Origin: Octopus sinensis
Lineage: Eukaryota
Length of the DNA: 64,000 nt
Reading direction: 5' to 3'
Assembly (NCBI RefSeq): GCF_006345805.1
Contig: NC_043009.1
Location: 2,108,001-2,172,000, forward strand
Below, piece after piece: positions 15,936 to 31,560 of the stretch. The translations under genes were made by a program, and so were the position numbers. Under the pieces are notes generated by a model. The model was not told where the DNA came from and did not search any database. It saw nothing but the letters and a program-made list of their open reading frames with translations. Within the stretch, counting starts at the first letter, position 1, and every line of letters begins with the position of its first letter.

Positions 15936-15957
15936 CTAATGGTAAGCAATGATTGGT

Positions 15958-15988
15958 ATATAATAATAATAATAATAATAACAACAAC

Positions 15989-16026
<38 letters not shown>

Positions 16027-16123
16027 CAACAACAATAATAATAATAATAACAATAATAATAACAATAATGATAATAATAATAATAACAATAACAATAATA
16101 ATAATAACAACAACAACAGCAGC

Positions 16124-16156
<33 letters not shown>

Positions 16157-16270
16157 TAATAATAATAACAATAATAATAATAATAACAACAGTAATAATA
16201 ATAATGATAATAATAATAATAACAATAATGATTATTATTATTATTATTGTTGTTGTTGTTGTTGTTGTTT
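15958..16270. repeat. (AAT/AAC)n array flipping to (ATT/GTT)n
   Basis: Direct reading. Confidence 0.95.
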
Positions 16271-16724
16271 TATTGTTATTCACGTTTCATTTAAAATGCA
16301 GCTGTTTGTAAAAAAAGCAATAAGGCAATGAGATTTTCTTGTAATTTCTATTTTAGATGAAATGACTACTTTAAAGCCACATTTCAGTTTTGTCAAGTGT
16401 TTGTAATTGAACGTGGGAAGAAAAACAGACAAATTACTGTGGATTAAAGAACTGAAATAGTTTCTTTTAAAATCAATTTATCAACTTCATCACCAACAAA
16501 ATAACAATAACAACAAAAACACCGAAAGCACCAACAAGAACAAAAAAAATGTTATGGAGAGAACAACAATAAAAAAACAACGGTGGAGTCGTCGATGACA
16601 ACATCAACCACATCGCCATCGTCGTCGTCAACGTCGTTGTCATCGACGTCATCATCATCATCAGCAGCAGCAACAGCATCAACAGCACCACCCACAACAA
16701 TAACAAATCAATAATAATAATTAC

Positions 16725-17190
16725 AATGCATGACCGCTTCATGCAACAAACCGAGGATCTTGGAAGTAAAGGACGATAAATGTGGTTGACTGACGGAAAC
16801 CCGAAACGAAAAACCGAAGCACTAATTGTAGCTGCTCAGGATCAAGCCATTAAGACAAATTTGGTAAAGGCAAACATTGATAAAATTTTAGCAAGGGAGA
16901 AAATGCAAGATCTGCACAAAAGGAGACGAAAATATTGAGTATCTCCGACGTGAATGCAGTAAACTTGCACAAAATGAATAAACGCACAGACATGATGGTA
17001 GCCTAGCGTGTAAGTTTAAAGTAGCTGAAAAATGATATGAACAGAAGACAAACAATGTGATAAAGAATATGAGTTATGACATTTCATGGGACTTCCCCTT
17101 AAAGACTGATCATATTATTGAAGTGAGAAGCTCAGATGTGATTATAGAAGACTAAAGATACTGAGTAAGACCATGGATTTTGCCACAAGT
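16725..17190 (+). mobile_element. R4/Dong-clade C-terminal fragment (CCHC and start of RLE endonuclease), decayed
   Basis: MHDRF..WLTDG..KTEALIVAAQDQAIKTNLVKANIDK..CKIC...E..EYL..EC.KLAQ..HRHD..WDFPLKTDHIIEVRSSDVII. Confidence 0.85.
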
Positions 17191-17194
17191 GTTA

Positions 17195-17552
17195 AAAGTA
17201 ATAATACTTTCTACTGTAGACTACTTTGACTTTCTACTTTAACTGGTACTTAATTTATCGATCGCGAAAGGAGGAAAGACAAAGTCGACCTCGGTAGAAT
17301 TTGAACTCAGAACATAGCGGCAGACGAAATGCCTATTTCTTTACTATCCACAAGGGGCTAAAGACAGAGGGGACAAACAAGGACAGACAAACGGATTAAG
17401 TCGATTACGTCAACCCCAGCACGTAACTGGTACTTAATTTATCCACCCCGAAAAGATGAAAGGCAAAGTCGACCACGGCGGAATTTGAACTCCGAACGTA
17501 ACGGCGCACGAAATGCCGCTTAGCATTTCTCCCGGCTTGTTAACGATTCGAT
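17195..17552 (-). mobile_element. Group A SINE, one full copy plus an adjacent partial copy
   Basis: Reverse complement matches the group A head, the GTCGACTTTGCCTTTCATCTTTTCGGGG body and the CCCCTTGTGGATAGTAAAGAAATAGG tail. Confidence 0.85.
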
Positions 17553-19048
17553 AATAAGCACATACATTGGACCTGAAAGATCATGGAAGACATAAAATAA
17601 ACGGTGGAGGTGGCTGAACGAATTTATATGAACGGAGAACGGATGTATGATAGACGACTTAAAACTTCAGTAAAATATAAAAGCCATATAAAATATGGTA
17701 CACCACACTAATTAAAACAAGATATATATATAATTATATAAAACCTTTGAAGCTATTCTGGTTATCAATATATTCATGGCTAAGTCGGGTTGGACCACCC
17801 AACAATTTCGTTGTACTAATCTCTAGTATCCTTTTCGATATACACGTTAGCACTTTTGAGGTTGAAGGGTTTAGGGATTTCTCAGTGTGTTCGAGGTCCC
17901 TTAATCTAATTTACGCACAAACCTAAACCGAGCACTTTACATATAGTCTGCTGTCCATATTCTAAAGATATTTTCTAAAATATTTCGTCCAGAAATTTAA
18001 AAGACATTTTGATGTACATATGTAACGGGTATTTGTCCTCCATGGGCTGCTGTGAACCACATGTTTATCTGATGATGTGCCCCACCACCCCAGTTAAACT
18101 GATTTCGTCGTATCTTATTGGTGTTCTCTCTTGTCTTCTAGGCTTTCCTTCTTTTTTTATATTTACCACTCATATTTTCATTGGAGATTCCTTTTTCTTG
18201 ATACAACTACATAACCTCCTGCAAACCACAATGCGATAAAGCTGTTCTGGAGATTGTTATATGGTTCACTGCGTATATTTTTAATTTGTTTCAAGAACCA
18301 GGCACACGGTCATCTCCTCAGTGAATTCCGGAACATTGGTTAAGGATGGTCCAGAAACCGGATCTTGTTGGTCTTGCAGCATCGGCTTCTCTCTTCCCCG
18401 ATTTACTAACCTTTCCAGATCTTCAGGAGAAAAGATTCTTACTGTATATATGCGCGTGCGTACACACACACACGCGCGCGCGTGCGCGCATACATACACC
18501 TACGCACACACACCTACGCACACGCGTGCACACACGTACACGCGCAAACACATACATATTCACACACAAACACACACACACGTACGGACACACATTCACG
18601 CACGCACACAAACACGTTCACACACGCGCACACGCACATACACGTAGTCACACACACACGCGCGCGCGCACAAGCATACTTCTCTCCGTTGTTCTTTCTT
18701 TCCCACTTTACATACCTTTTTTAGTTCTTCAGTGCAAAATATTCTCGATGTAATTGACACACACACGGGCGCCCGCACACACACACACACACACACACAG
18801 ACACTCACACTCTCACTCACATATATATATTCATACATAGACGAGTCACTCCGTTTTCTTATATGTGAGTTCGCATGTGTGTGAAATTCCCGTGGTAGTT
18901 TCACAATATATTTCAATTGTTTATAGCTTTTATTCTCCTTTCATTTTGGTCAACGCTAACTTTCATCTTTGTAAAGCAAGGTTTCCGAAAATGGTCCTTT
19001 TAGAATCACGGGAATGAATAAAATCTTAAGAGTCCACAGGGGCTGATT

Positions 19049-19560
19049 TTGTTATATAACAGAATTTGGATGATGATCTTCTTATCTATACAAACCAATG
19101 AAGAATTCGCAAGATTTAAACACCGTTTCAAGGATGTTCAAAACATGGAAATGCCCGAATGGATTATTTCTTCATTTCAAGAGGAAGGGCAAGGAGCAAA
19201 TTTAGGAACATTTCTTAATGAAGGATTTATTGAAATAGCGTTCGATCTTGATGCAAAATCTATATTTACGTTTAAAGGAATTGGATATTGACGAATGAAT
19301 GAAGAGGAAAAGCAAAAAAAAAAAAGCGAAGGTAAAATAATTCGAGATTTATGAAACTGTTGAGGCCATTTGCGCTTTTAAGCTTGTATACCATGGAATT
19401 TGGGTTTAGCAATTTTCCTTCTTCATTAAGCAAAGAGATAAGCAGACCATAGAACATAATTAGTGGATCCAACACGCAAACATGCTAAGTCATATTCATG
19501 AGCTCCTCTAAGCCTGCCTCACCACAATCCATCTTACCAATTCCAAGGTGCGCTTGCGTT
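19049..19560 (+). mobile_element. hAT (Charlie/Buster, ZBED8/SCAND3-like) transposase C-terminal remnant
   Basis: HRFKDVQNMEMPEWIISSF...EGFIEIAFDLDAKSIF..KGIGY resembles the family pattern RF.D...EIPDWI.PF...EELIEL..D...K..F..GY..FW. Stops and frameshifts follow. Confidence 0.7.
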
Positions 19561-21953
19561 TTATAGTTTACTGATTCTTTTCTTATGAAAATTATATTAG
19601 ATATTGGTAAATAAGTTTTGAAATTTAATATTCTATTAATTTATTCGGGTATCAATGGAAATTAATTTTTTCTTATAAAGGACGCATCAAACGGAAATTT
19701 TATAAATCTATTAGTCATTCTTCATTCAAATTTTCTGAAGAAATCACTAGATTTGTTGGGATGCTGTTACACATATAATGTTGCAGAGAATATTGTTCAA
19801 ATTGAATTTGATGTTGATGTATGTCGTAAACTCTTAAAGTGTGTATTTGGACAATATGATACATGTATTATGTCAGACAAGGAGAAAGCCACTGCTGTGT
19901 TACTGTAGAAAGGTAGGAAGAGGATTATATGTCGGCCTGCTTGTAAGTGCATCGTGCAGGTGAGTGGCGATTAAGCTTAATATGTTACGATAAAATATTC
20001 AAATGGACGTTACACAGCGTATGAATAATTAAAACTCGTAAAGATTATGTTTACATAGAGTGGGTTAATAATTCATAAGCTAAATGGCGCCTACTGCAGT
20101 GATGTCGAAATATGCCATCAATGGTAATTTTCCGCGTCTTGATGACACTAGATTAGCATATATATTGCAGCATCTAATAAAAGACTACGGAATTAGAGCT
20201 GTATTTGCTTAATTCATAGAAAACAATAACTACGGCGTTGGTTTAAAGCAGTATATATTATAGCGAATCAGATATTTACAACAATTCACTTCGCTGAAGC
20301 TCATATTTTCTTTCACAGTTAAACTATTTTACTCATTTATAAATTCCTGCCTGTTGGTTGAGGCTGTGTTCGGTTCTGGCGTCATATAAAACATAAGTAT
20401 TATGGATTTCCCAAGCTCTTAATCTTCCAATTAATTAGATGACGAATTGGCAGAGTAATAGAGTATTGCGTAGAATGATCCATGATACTTCTTCTCACTC
20501 TCCGAGTTCGATTTCCTCCGTGCTCAACTTTTCCTTTCGTCTTTGCGGTGTTGATAAGCAAAATAACAATCGAGAGCAAAGTGCAGCTGGTAAGCAAGGA
20601 TGTGTCATTAGATGTGTTTGCCGCCTTAGTGAAGTTCAGTCTGTTGCAAATAACCGAGTCTGAACTCTGGTTTCAAAATACTTTTCACCTTTTTCCACAA
20701 GTATCGCAGTCACTACAAAGACTCTCGGATTATGGTATTAGGATCGTCCTGCATATAACTACCTGATTAAAACATATATATAGAATTTAACTTGATGTTT
20801 ATTTCCGATAATTGGACGAAAATAGACGTTTCGAGTGCGAAATAAACTAAAGAATATGTCTTTATGGTGGCAGTAATCGCTTTGGTATATCTTTTCCTCA
20901 TGCTATCTATTCGGTTCATCGCTTTGGCCTATTTGCTTGGCTACATGTAAGAGCCATGAATAAACATGAAGCTATGCTTAGTTTTGTACTGATGGGGATT
21001 AGCGAATTTTGTTTCTTAAATATTGTTGTCTGGTCTATTCTTCATCTATGTACGGCATAACCGACCATGTTGCAGACATTTGGGTAAATTGTGGATTTTT
21101 TAAAGTGCGGAAGTATGTATGTAAATTGATGACCATGTTTCTAATGTGTAACGTGGTTACTTCCGCTTTGTTATAGCTTCCCATGGAAACATCCAACGAT
21201 GCGTCAAATCTATTTAATGACCATACATTTGAAGTAATACAAATTACACGCTTACATCAGACATCTATACATACTGAAAAAAATATTTTATCTTACGAAA
21301 CAAAAAATTAATTGACAAAACGATTGATATGAATAGATCACAGAAAGATAGATCATTTTCCCGAATGAAAAAATCGCCCAAGTATCTGACAATATATCAA
21401 TTTGCTTTAATAATGGCACACATAGGAGGGTCCTATGATGCTGACAGTAGCAAATTCGTCTTCCCAGTGAAAAATCCCACAAATGCTGACAATCATTAAA
21501 GTCAAAATTAAAAAAGATTGTACTTCTTCGGGAATGTGCAAGGTTAGACATATTTGATAGTCAAACTCAGAAATGTGAGGGGGTAAATCCGAATTCCCTT
21601 TGATGGTACACGCACCAGGCTTTTCACGAGGGCTCAAAATGTCTGAGAGCGCAGAAGGCAAAACGGAAAATTTATGGGAATATTTCCCTAGTATCTACTA
21701 TTGTTGCTCAAAGCAGGTTAGAATTTGTTATCATAGCTTTAGTTCTGAGCATCAGGTAATATCGGGAGTTGAGTTTTCAAAATTTACATATCCTAAAGAG
21801 GATAAGATACATTTAAATATAAGAATACTATTGTTTGAGCAAAACAACATAAAACTGACGATTGACCAAAACTAATGGAAGACAGAGATTCGTGGTTCGG
21901 AAGTGTTTAAAAGCAACTCCACTGAGGCTTTTTGATGATGAAGACGGAGAACG

Positions 21954-21954
<1 letters not shown>

Positions 21955-22030
<76 letters not shown>

Positions 22031-23036
22031 AAGAAGAAGAAGAAGAAGAAGAAGAAGAAGAAGACAAAGAAGAAAAAGAAGAAGAAATAAAGAATAAGAA
22101 TAAAAATTATATATTGATTAATGTGCGTCATAATGTAACTGAAATCTCCGTCTAACTTACACTCATACACACGAATATAGATATGTATGGATATATATGT
22201 ATACATATATATATATATACATATGTGTATATATATATGCATATATATATATACACATGCGTATATACATGAATAGACGTACACTCGCGTATGCCGTACA
22301 TATAAAGAATTATTTAATGTGTACTGCATATGCATGTATGTGATATATGTCTATGCATATATATATATATATGCATTTATGCACATTTTTATATGTGCAT
22401 TTATACATATATACATATAAATTTGTGCTCGTGCGTTGATATATGCAACTTTAATGTGTTATTGTAAAAGAAATATTCTACAGAGTTGATTCTAGAGGGT
22501 ACTTTTACTTATTTTCCCATCCTTCAACGAATATATTGAATTTTCAGATAAAACTTCTCATCCGCCATTTTCTAACTGCAATCATTGTAACTATAACTAT
22601 CTTAAAACAGAATTCTATGGTCAAAATCTTTATCCATTAATAACTAATCTTGGGAAAGAGTAACATGTAACATGTAGTTATCATTTCGTTACAAAATATA
22701 CTGAAATACAGAGAGTAAACGAAGAGCAAACAGAAACTTATACCGATCGAAATAACTTGAGAAGAATTTAGGCTAGAACAGTGAAAGTGAAGATTTGCAT
22801 GTCGTTATGTGATCCTTTACTTCCGCTCTCATTGCGTCTGCGTGTAGCCTTCTTGCAGACAATATACGCAGTCAATGTCCAGATGTGTAGTATATATTAT
22901 AAACAACAAAAAACACGTCCGCATATTTGAGTTCTGACTCTCTTTATGCCAGATAAGACTATATACACCCCCCGGTATATGAATATGTATACACACATAT
23001 ATAGATATGCATATATATATATTTACCTAAGGTATG

Positions 23037-23089
<53 letters not shown>

Positions 23090-23152
23090 GTATATACACA
23101 TATATAGATATGCATATATATATATATTTACATAAGGTATGTATATATATAC

Positions 23153-23183
<31 letters not shown>

Positions 23184-23315
23184 CATATATATATGTATAT
23201 ATACATACATATATATATATTATATATAAATTACATATATATGTATATATTTCATACATATGTATACATGTAGATAAATATATATATTATAAATATATAC
23301 TACATATATATTTTT

Positions 23316-23400
<85 letters not shown>

Positions 23401-24173
23401 CACATCCACCCATACACACACAAACGCACTCACACTCACATATATGTAACACGAATATATACACTTCTAATCGAAGTTTTACATCACGAAAATAAGCACG
23501 TTGATGTAGACTAACATCCAACCACATCATCTTCCGAAATGCGCGCAGACACACACGGTCACATACACACGCAGACAGACACACCCAGAAACACACTCAA
23601 TCACACACAAACACACACACACATACACACACACGCGCGCGCACACACACACGCGCGCGCGCACACACACACACGCACACACACACACAGCTACACATAT
23701 AAAGTCTAATATCACTAATATCGCCATAGCGGTTAATGCAACAATTCTTGGTGTATTTAACAGATAATTGTAACTGAAGGGACGCTAATAATTAAATTTA
23801 TTAATTATCTATTCAAATAAATTTGATTAATCACACAATACAGTGTTTTTTTTCCTATTTTTGAAGTATTTCTTTAATTTTTTTTTCCACACGTATAAAA
23901 TATATTGTCTGTTATTTTTTTTTATATATATTTTCTGCTTGGAAGCGAAGACAGAACACAACCTAATACGTATATGTTATAAATGTAACTGAAGCACACA
24001 TGTATATATATATGTGCGTATAAAGGTGTTCCCATGTGGGTTTATTCATATGTACACGCATATATATATATATATATATATATATTTGTATTCATATATA
24101 TTTATATATATGTGTATATATATGTATATACACTCACACGTCTATATGTATATTAATTGCAACACACACACAC

Positions 24174-24220
<47 letters not shown>

Positions 24221-24760
24221 CATATGTGTATGTATGTATATAAGCGTCTATTATACGTATGTATATAGAGGTAACTATAAATGTATTTATATTTTATATT
24301 CATTTATATACACACACGTGATATAAATGTATATATATATATATATATATGCACAAACGCACACACTCATATATGTATATATATATATACGTATATTCGA
24401 TAGTATTTGCATATATATATACACACACATAATTATACATATACACACAAATGCTTATATATATGTTTATGTGCGTGTATGTAGAAATTTATGCATATGT
24501 ATTGTATACATACATGTATATACACACACGGAGACACACACACACATATGCACACACACACATTTATGCGCATATCCAAATACACATCTGTATATCCGCA
24601 TTCAATTTAGCTTTCCTTTACTCATGTTTGTTTCGCATCCCCCCCCCCCGCACCCTTACACATCAGCAGAAGCACATAGTTCTAGAAACATGCACACACA
24701 TATATATATATAAGCGCGAGTATATGTGTGTGTGTACGTGTGTGGGCGTGTGGTGTGTGT
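21955..24760. repeat. Microsatellite field: (AAT)n(AAG)n, (TA)n, (CA)n(CG)n
   Basis: Direct reading, with unique spacers such as 22460-22960. Confidence 0.85.
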
Positions 24761-25400
24761 TTCTGTCTCTTCTCCGGTGTGCTTGTATGCGCATCCGATT
24801 GTAAGAGTCTAGTTGTTCGGTGTTTGAGAAAAATTAGATAGAAAATAAATAAGTGTAAAAAAATAAATAAGTGTAAAAAAAAAAAAGTAACGAAAAATAA
24901 ATACGATGGACGTTGATTGATTTGGACACCGAATACAACATATCGATTTTCTTTTTCACTTGTCAGATGGATTACTTTACTAAAATGAATCGATACAGAA
25001 ATTAAGTTACAGATTTTTATTTAAAAGACAAACAGGTGATGAACGAAACGGAGACAATCGCGCGTGCGTCTAACATTTTTTCTTTGAACCTTGCTATAAA
25101 TAAGACTTATCTATGTTTAGTATTAGATGAAATGTATCGCTTGGACCTACGCCGGTTCTTATATCTTGTGTAGTGTATTATTCTGTTATCTAGAGAGCTT
25201 CAATCTTAATCAATGAATAACAATACCAGTTTGTCAAGGATTGCTGTTGTTAGTTTACGTTCGACACCAAGTTTTATTTGACTCTGTCGCGCTGCTTATG
25301 GAGAGAAAAATAAAGAGAGAAAAATAAATTGTATAGGAATAAATTTGACAGTTTTCTGTCGATTTGAGTGTCGGCTGCCACTAGAAGTCCGGGGACTTGA

Positions 25401-25437
<37 letters not shown>

Positions 25438-25660
25438 ATGTGTGAAGATATTTAAGAAAAGACAAAAGAACTCTAAAAGTTTGGGGCAGCCGCCACGTAA
25501 TATTTCAAGTATGTTGAATCTATTAACAAGTTTTTCTGAGGCGTGTTTGGTCGACTACCTTGACTACAAAAGCTTTAGTTGTCCACACCAAATGCCTTAG
25601 ACAGACAGGGGGAGAGAGAAAGAGAAAGAAAGCGAAAGAGACAGACACAAAGAGACAGAA

Positions 25661-25691
<31 letters not shown>

Positions 25692-25827
25692 TAAAGAGAG
25701 AGTCAGGGTTGGAGAGGCTGAGAGAGTGAAAGACAATAAATAAACTCACAGCGATATCTTTAGAACACAATCTCTAGTTTTTAACAAATGTATTGGTAGA
25801 GATTTTATAACCCGCTTCAACAAAAGA

Positions 25828-25876
<49 letters not shown>

Positions 25877-26351
25877 GTAAGTATTGCAGTTTTCATGTTT
25901 GAACATAATCAGGTAAATACTCGCTAAAATTTATCGCTCGAATATTATATTAGTTTTCTAAAATTGCATTTATCAAAACTGGGGACAGAATAAAATTAGA
26001 ATATCGTGTTAAAACACGATCGTGATTGTCTTATGCTTGACACAACTTCTATTCGTTTTTTTCTTTTTATATCTTTGATCCTTAAACTATTGATTCGAGC
26101 GTCAGGGAACGATCGATACGTTGAGATACTTTCATTATACAATGTAAAAATTCTATAAACTTCGCTGATATAGTGTAGATGTGGAGCGGCAAAGAATTTG
26201 TGCGTTCAAATACGCTACAGACCATTGTATTTTTGCAGAGCTAAGCATAATACAGGCGTTTCAGTTCGCCTAGTTGCTATTGTTGTTTAGCCCAGGGTCG
26301 GCCTTGATTGAGCAAAGCTATAATTCAGGGCATTCTAACCATGACCATCTT

Positions 26352-26693
26352 TCTTTTATTCTTTTATTTGTTTCAGTCATTTGACTGCGGCCATGCTGGA
26401 GCGACGCCTTTAGTCGAGCAAATCGACCCCAGGACTTATTCTTTGGAAGCCTAGTACCTATTATATCTGTGTCTGTTGCCGAGCCACTAGGTGACGGGGA
26501 CGTAAACACACCTGCATCGGTTGTCAAGCGATGTTGGGGGACAAACAAAGACACGCTAAAATATATATATATACATCTAACAAAAAATATATATATATAA
26601 ACAACGGGCGTCTTTCAGTTTCCGTCTACCAAATCCACTCACAAGGCTTTGGTCGGCCCGAGGCTACAGTAGAAGATACTTGCCCAAGGTGCC
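26352..26693 (-). mobile_element. Group B bipartite SINE, 5'-truncated
   Basis: CORE-like CACCTTGGGCAAG block, internal (TA)n, and 3' GGTGCTCCAGCATGGCCGCAGTCAAATGACTGAAAC tail. Confidence 0.9.
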
Positions 26694-27319
26694 AAAGCAA
26701 GCAAAAAAGCAACTAAATCACAAGTGATTTGACAAAAAACGACCAAAGCGCTCAAATTCTTTAATGGCCACTGAGGGCCCAAGACAGTGGGGACATTACA
26801 AGGACAGACAACACAAAGTGGGGACATAAAGCATAAGTGAATGAATGAAGTGAAATATATAATTAATGACGGTGGAATGGCTATTCGAGCCCCACTCTCG
26901 AGTTGTACCATTTAACTATTTTTTTTTTATCGATTTTAAATCAATTTTAAACTTACATTACCGGATCATATATTGTTTGAAGTTCTCATATTCCATCACG
27001 GGAGGCAGTGATTCGTATCTCACCTCTGGTTCCAACGTGTCTATGTCAATTCCGGAAAATTCTCTTTAGCTTTTTTTTACACCTGTCCATATCTATTAGT
27101 ATTCATCTTATATCTGTTGGGTAGTACCCTACAGGCATTTTAACTCCTATTTCTGTTTTAAGTTTTGGTGTTTGGGTGATTTATAGATTTAAAAACGTAA
27201 ATCTTTAAAAATTCGTTCGTATTATATCGAATCATATGAGGTGCACTCAACCCCTTCAACCAGTGTGCTGTGACAATCGTGGGGAAGTTTTCACACTTTT
27301 ATTATAGTCTTTGGTCAGT

Positions 27320-27725
27320 ACTCTCTTTTACTCTCGTTTACTTGTTTCAGTTATTTGACTGCAGCCATGCTGGAGCACCGCCTTTAGTCGAACAAATCGA
27401 CAGCGGGACTTATTCTTTGTAAGCCTAGTACTTTTTTTATTGGTCTCTTTTGCCGAACCGCTATGTGACGGGGTCATAAACACACCAGCATCGGTTATCA
27501 AGCAATGCTAGGGGGACAGACGCAGACACACAAGCATACACACACATATATATACATATATACGACGAGCTTCTTTCAGTTTCCGTCTACCAAATCCACT
27601 CACAAGGCTTTGGTCAGCCCAAGGCTGTAGTAGAAGACACTTGCCCAAGATGCCACGCAGTGGGAATGAATCCGGGACTATTTGGTTCTTAAGCAAGCTA
27701 CTTACCACACAGCCACTCCTATGCC
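27320..27725 (-). mobile_element. Group B SINE, full length
   Basis: Head GGCATAGGAGTGGCTGTGTGGTAAG through to the tail, on the reverse strand. Confidence 0.9.
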
Positions 27726-28544
27726 TAAGCATTTCTGAAACACATACTTCAAAATTCGTTGCAAGTTCTATTCATTCGCATCAGACCCTTTCAGTACCTT
27801 CAGCCAATGAACTACTCCGGTCTTCGGGATCACCCTTCATACCGTTGCTGCAGCCCTTCATTAGTGGTTGTATTATTCTGAAGTACAAATCTTAATATAA
27901 TGTCAAAACTCTCATGAGTATTACTTGTTTGTATAAAGTAGGTTTGTTTGGGATCGTACATATTAGATATTCCAAGTGGGTTTTAAAAGGATCGGCATCA
28001 GGTTCTTGTAGAGCACTTATATTTTCTAGCAGAAGCTTCGCTAAATGAATCCCAAACTATTTCACTATATAATCTTAAATATTGACGTGGAGGTTTGGAA
28101 TTTGGCAAGATGGACTGGAACTTGCTTTGATCATTTGCATAGGACTTAACATCAAATATTTACTGCCAGGTCTCTCAGATCTTCAAGATAAATATTACTG
28201 CACATTTTTCTATTCTTTAATCCAGGGATTAGAGACCTAACGCTTTCAAACTTTACCAGTAGTTCATCTGTTTGATCGTGTAACATCAATCATGAAGCAC
28301 AGACAATTCACATGCAAAAACAAAACGCGTTAGTCCAGTTTTGACACGAAGATAATAACACACTCGAAACATATTTTAAAGCGTAAATCCTGGAAATATA
28401 TAGAAGGCGAAGGGGAGAAAAGAAAGACATTATTCTGTTCCTATTCAGAACGATAGCACACAACTCAAATTCACAACTTGTAGAAAAGAGCCAAATGTAT
28501 ACGCTAGTATTTGATTTACTCATATCTATCTATCTATCTATCTA

Positions 28545-28615
<71 letters not shown>

Positions 28616-29195
28616 TTTTCTAGATATCTATGTGTTTTATACGTATATTTATTGGTATGCATGAATGTAGGTATAGTTGTATATTTGAAAGTAAGTATAT
28701 GTGTATGTATGTATGTGTGTATGAATGTATGTATGTATGTACGTATGTGTGTATGTAAGTATGTATATATGTATATATGTATGTATGTATGTATACATAC
28801 ATACATACATACACAACACACACACGCATATATATATATAGTTGTATGTGTGTGAATATATGTATACGTGACCATAAAAATTCTTTACTCATACGTAGAC
28901 ACATATTCGCCTACATTTTCAACTAGATTTGATAGAAAAAGAATTATATCAAAATTGATGCAAAGCCAACAGAACAAATAAAACATTTTACGGAAATAAA
29001 ATTATACACAAATGTATACATACATACATACATACATACATACATACATACATACATACATACACACACATACATACATACATACATAATCTATTCAAAT
29101 AGATTTATTTATATATAATATATATATATATATAAATATATATATACATACATGTATATACGTATGTATATATATGAATATAGTATGTATGCATC

Positions 29196-29228
<33 letters not shown>

Positions 29229-29237
29229 GTGTATATA

Positions 29238-29268
<31 letters not shown>

Positions 29269-30532
29269 GTATGTGTATATATATGTATATATATGTATAT
29301 CTGTATATATACATATATCTATCAGATATAAACCATAACATAATACAATATAAGATATAATGTAATATGGTATTATGTATGTGTGTGTGTGTATGTATGT
29401 GTGTGCGTACTTGTGTGTGTGTGTAATTCATGATATGTATTAGTTAGGAAATTTCATATCCGAAGGTAAGTTGAGAAAAATGGGGAATCACGAAGCAATA
29501 ACTATTATCAGAAGAGTGATATTTAAAACTAAAGAAACGACACACCTGCGAACATAGCACGCACTCGCATACGCACATAGGAACATACGCACACACACAT
29601 GCACACACACATGCACACACACATGCACCACGCTCACACACATGCTCAAACACACACACCACACACACACACGCTCACACACACAAACATTAATGTGCGC
29701 TCGTGTAAGTGTGTGTTCGTACATGTATTTGTGTGTACGTGTGTGAGTGTGTGTATGTGTCTGTTCATGTGTATGTGTTCATGTGTGCGTGTGTGTGTGT
29801 GGTGTGTGTGTGTGTAAGCATTCGATGTGAATGCTTGATGAACGTTACTTAGAGGCTGTTAGTCTTCGTTGAAATGAGCTGAAATTTTGAAGTCAGTTGA
29901 CATTTATTAAGACACCTGCTTCCATCGCAGAACGCCTACCAGCTTGATGTGACATTTGCTTCGGCTCTAGAAAAATATACTTTGTAAATATACATCAACT
30001 AGCCTATATCATGCGTTAGGGTCTCGCATATATAATATACTAAGTCGAAAAGTTTTCATGAACTAATATTATCCAAGCAATTAGTCCACTAAGTCTCCCT
30101 TTCCCAGTAACAGGCAAGGTATGTAGATCTCCTGTTGACGAAAGATTTTGGAAAATAAATGATGTAGACTGGAATCGATATATATATATTAAAGTCAAAT
30201 GATGAAAGCCAGCTTATGTTTCTATATTATTTGGTTTCTTCAGCGAGGTATATTTTATTTAAATGGCATACCTATGAGACATTAACAGGTAGGAAAGAAG
30301 GAAAAGGAAAGATAGTGTGTTAGATAATATCAACAATATGGCTGACAGAATATATCTTAGGGTAGCCCTCTGCAAAATAAATATACAGCATCGTCTCACG
30401 CATGAAATATAGTCGTTAGATGAAAAATTTCGATCAGCTAGAGCGTATCCTAGCAATTACGATACATCACACCGTCTAAAGGAGTCGAAATTATTATTTT
30501 TGCTGTTGTTGTTGTTTGTTCTTTATCGTTCT

Positions 30533-30583
<51 letters not shown>

Positions 30584-30703
30584 TCTTGTTCTTTCTTTTC
30601 TACTGTTCTCTCTTTTCCTCCTCTTCCTCCTCCTTTTGTCCTCTGCATTCTTCTTTCTATACTTCTTACTTTATTCTACTTACACCACGTATACTGAAAT
30701 GGG

Positions 30704-30758
<55 letters not shown>

Positions 30759-30779
30759 ATTTACACCCATGTCTACAAC

Positions 30780-30865
<86 letters not shown>

Positions 30866-30959
30866 CATCTATTTATCAACCAGTGGAAATTTTCAAATGT
30901 AATACGCTAAACTGGTTAAATATCTTATTAAAAACTCCACAGAATAAGAAGAAAATCTT

Positions 30960-31555
30960 AGGAAATTATAGAATAGTGGAAACGGCAAAAAATATTTCCA
31001 CATTGTGTCATATTACCGCACAACTCAAATCACCCTCCGACAAAGAAGTTTTACCACCTCCCGACAAAGAACTCTGCCTGTGACATTTTACATGCGGTAC
31101 AATCTTAGTTCTTCGCTTATCTAGAGATTACCCTTTAACCAAATTTTTCCCAGACGTCATTTCACTCATGCATTCTATAGAAGAGTCTGTGAAAACCATG
31201 TTGGTGTTTTAGAACAATATCCTGAATATTTTTGTAGACTTCCATCTGACGTATATTGTTTTCTTTGAGCTGTACTTTTGTTATTTTGGACAATGGCTTC
31301 TTTTACTCGCCTCTCCCGTTTTTTCTGCTCCTCACAAAACGATGAAATATTTCTACTGTAATGGATGTCTTTGCTGCTCATTACAGACTAAGAAGATGAG
31401 GTGGGTTATATATGATAGAACACGTTTTTAGTCCTCTCTGAAGTGAGTAGTTAGTCCTTTCAGCTTTGCCTAGTTCTTTATTTTCTGCATAGAAGCAATC
31501 CACTTCCAGTCTAAATATAGCATTGCTTCGAAGTCTACTTTCTGTTTAAAATTAT
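30960..31555 (-). mobile_element. RTE-clade LINE RT C-terminal fragment, heavily decayed
   Basis: Minus translation KIWLKGNL.ISEELRLYRM...GRVL resembles the RTE pattern VW.N..L...TK..VY.ACVLS.LLYG. Many stops. Confidence 0.5.
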
Positions 31556-31560
31556 ATCGA

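Noticed and set aside
18281-18430. Protein-like ORFs on both strands and a CTGAGGA...GAAAC motif
   Set aside because: Strand is ambiguous, there is no homology, the motif lacks an NUH, and the region may belong to an old LINE remnant at about 17700-18280.
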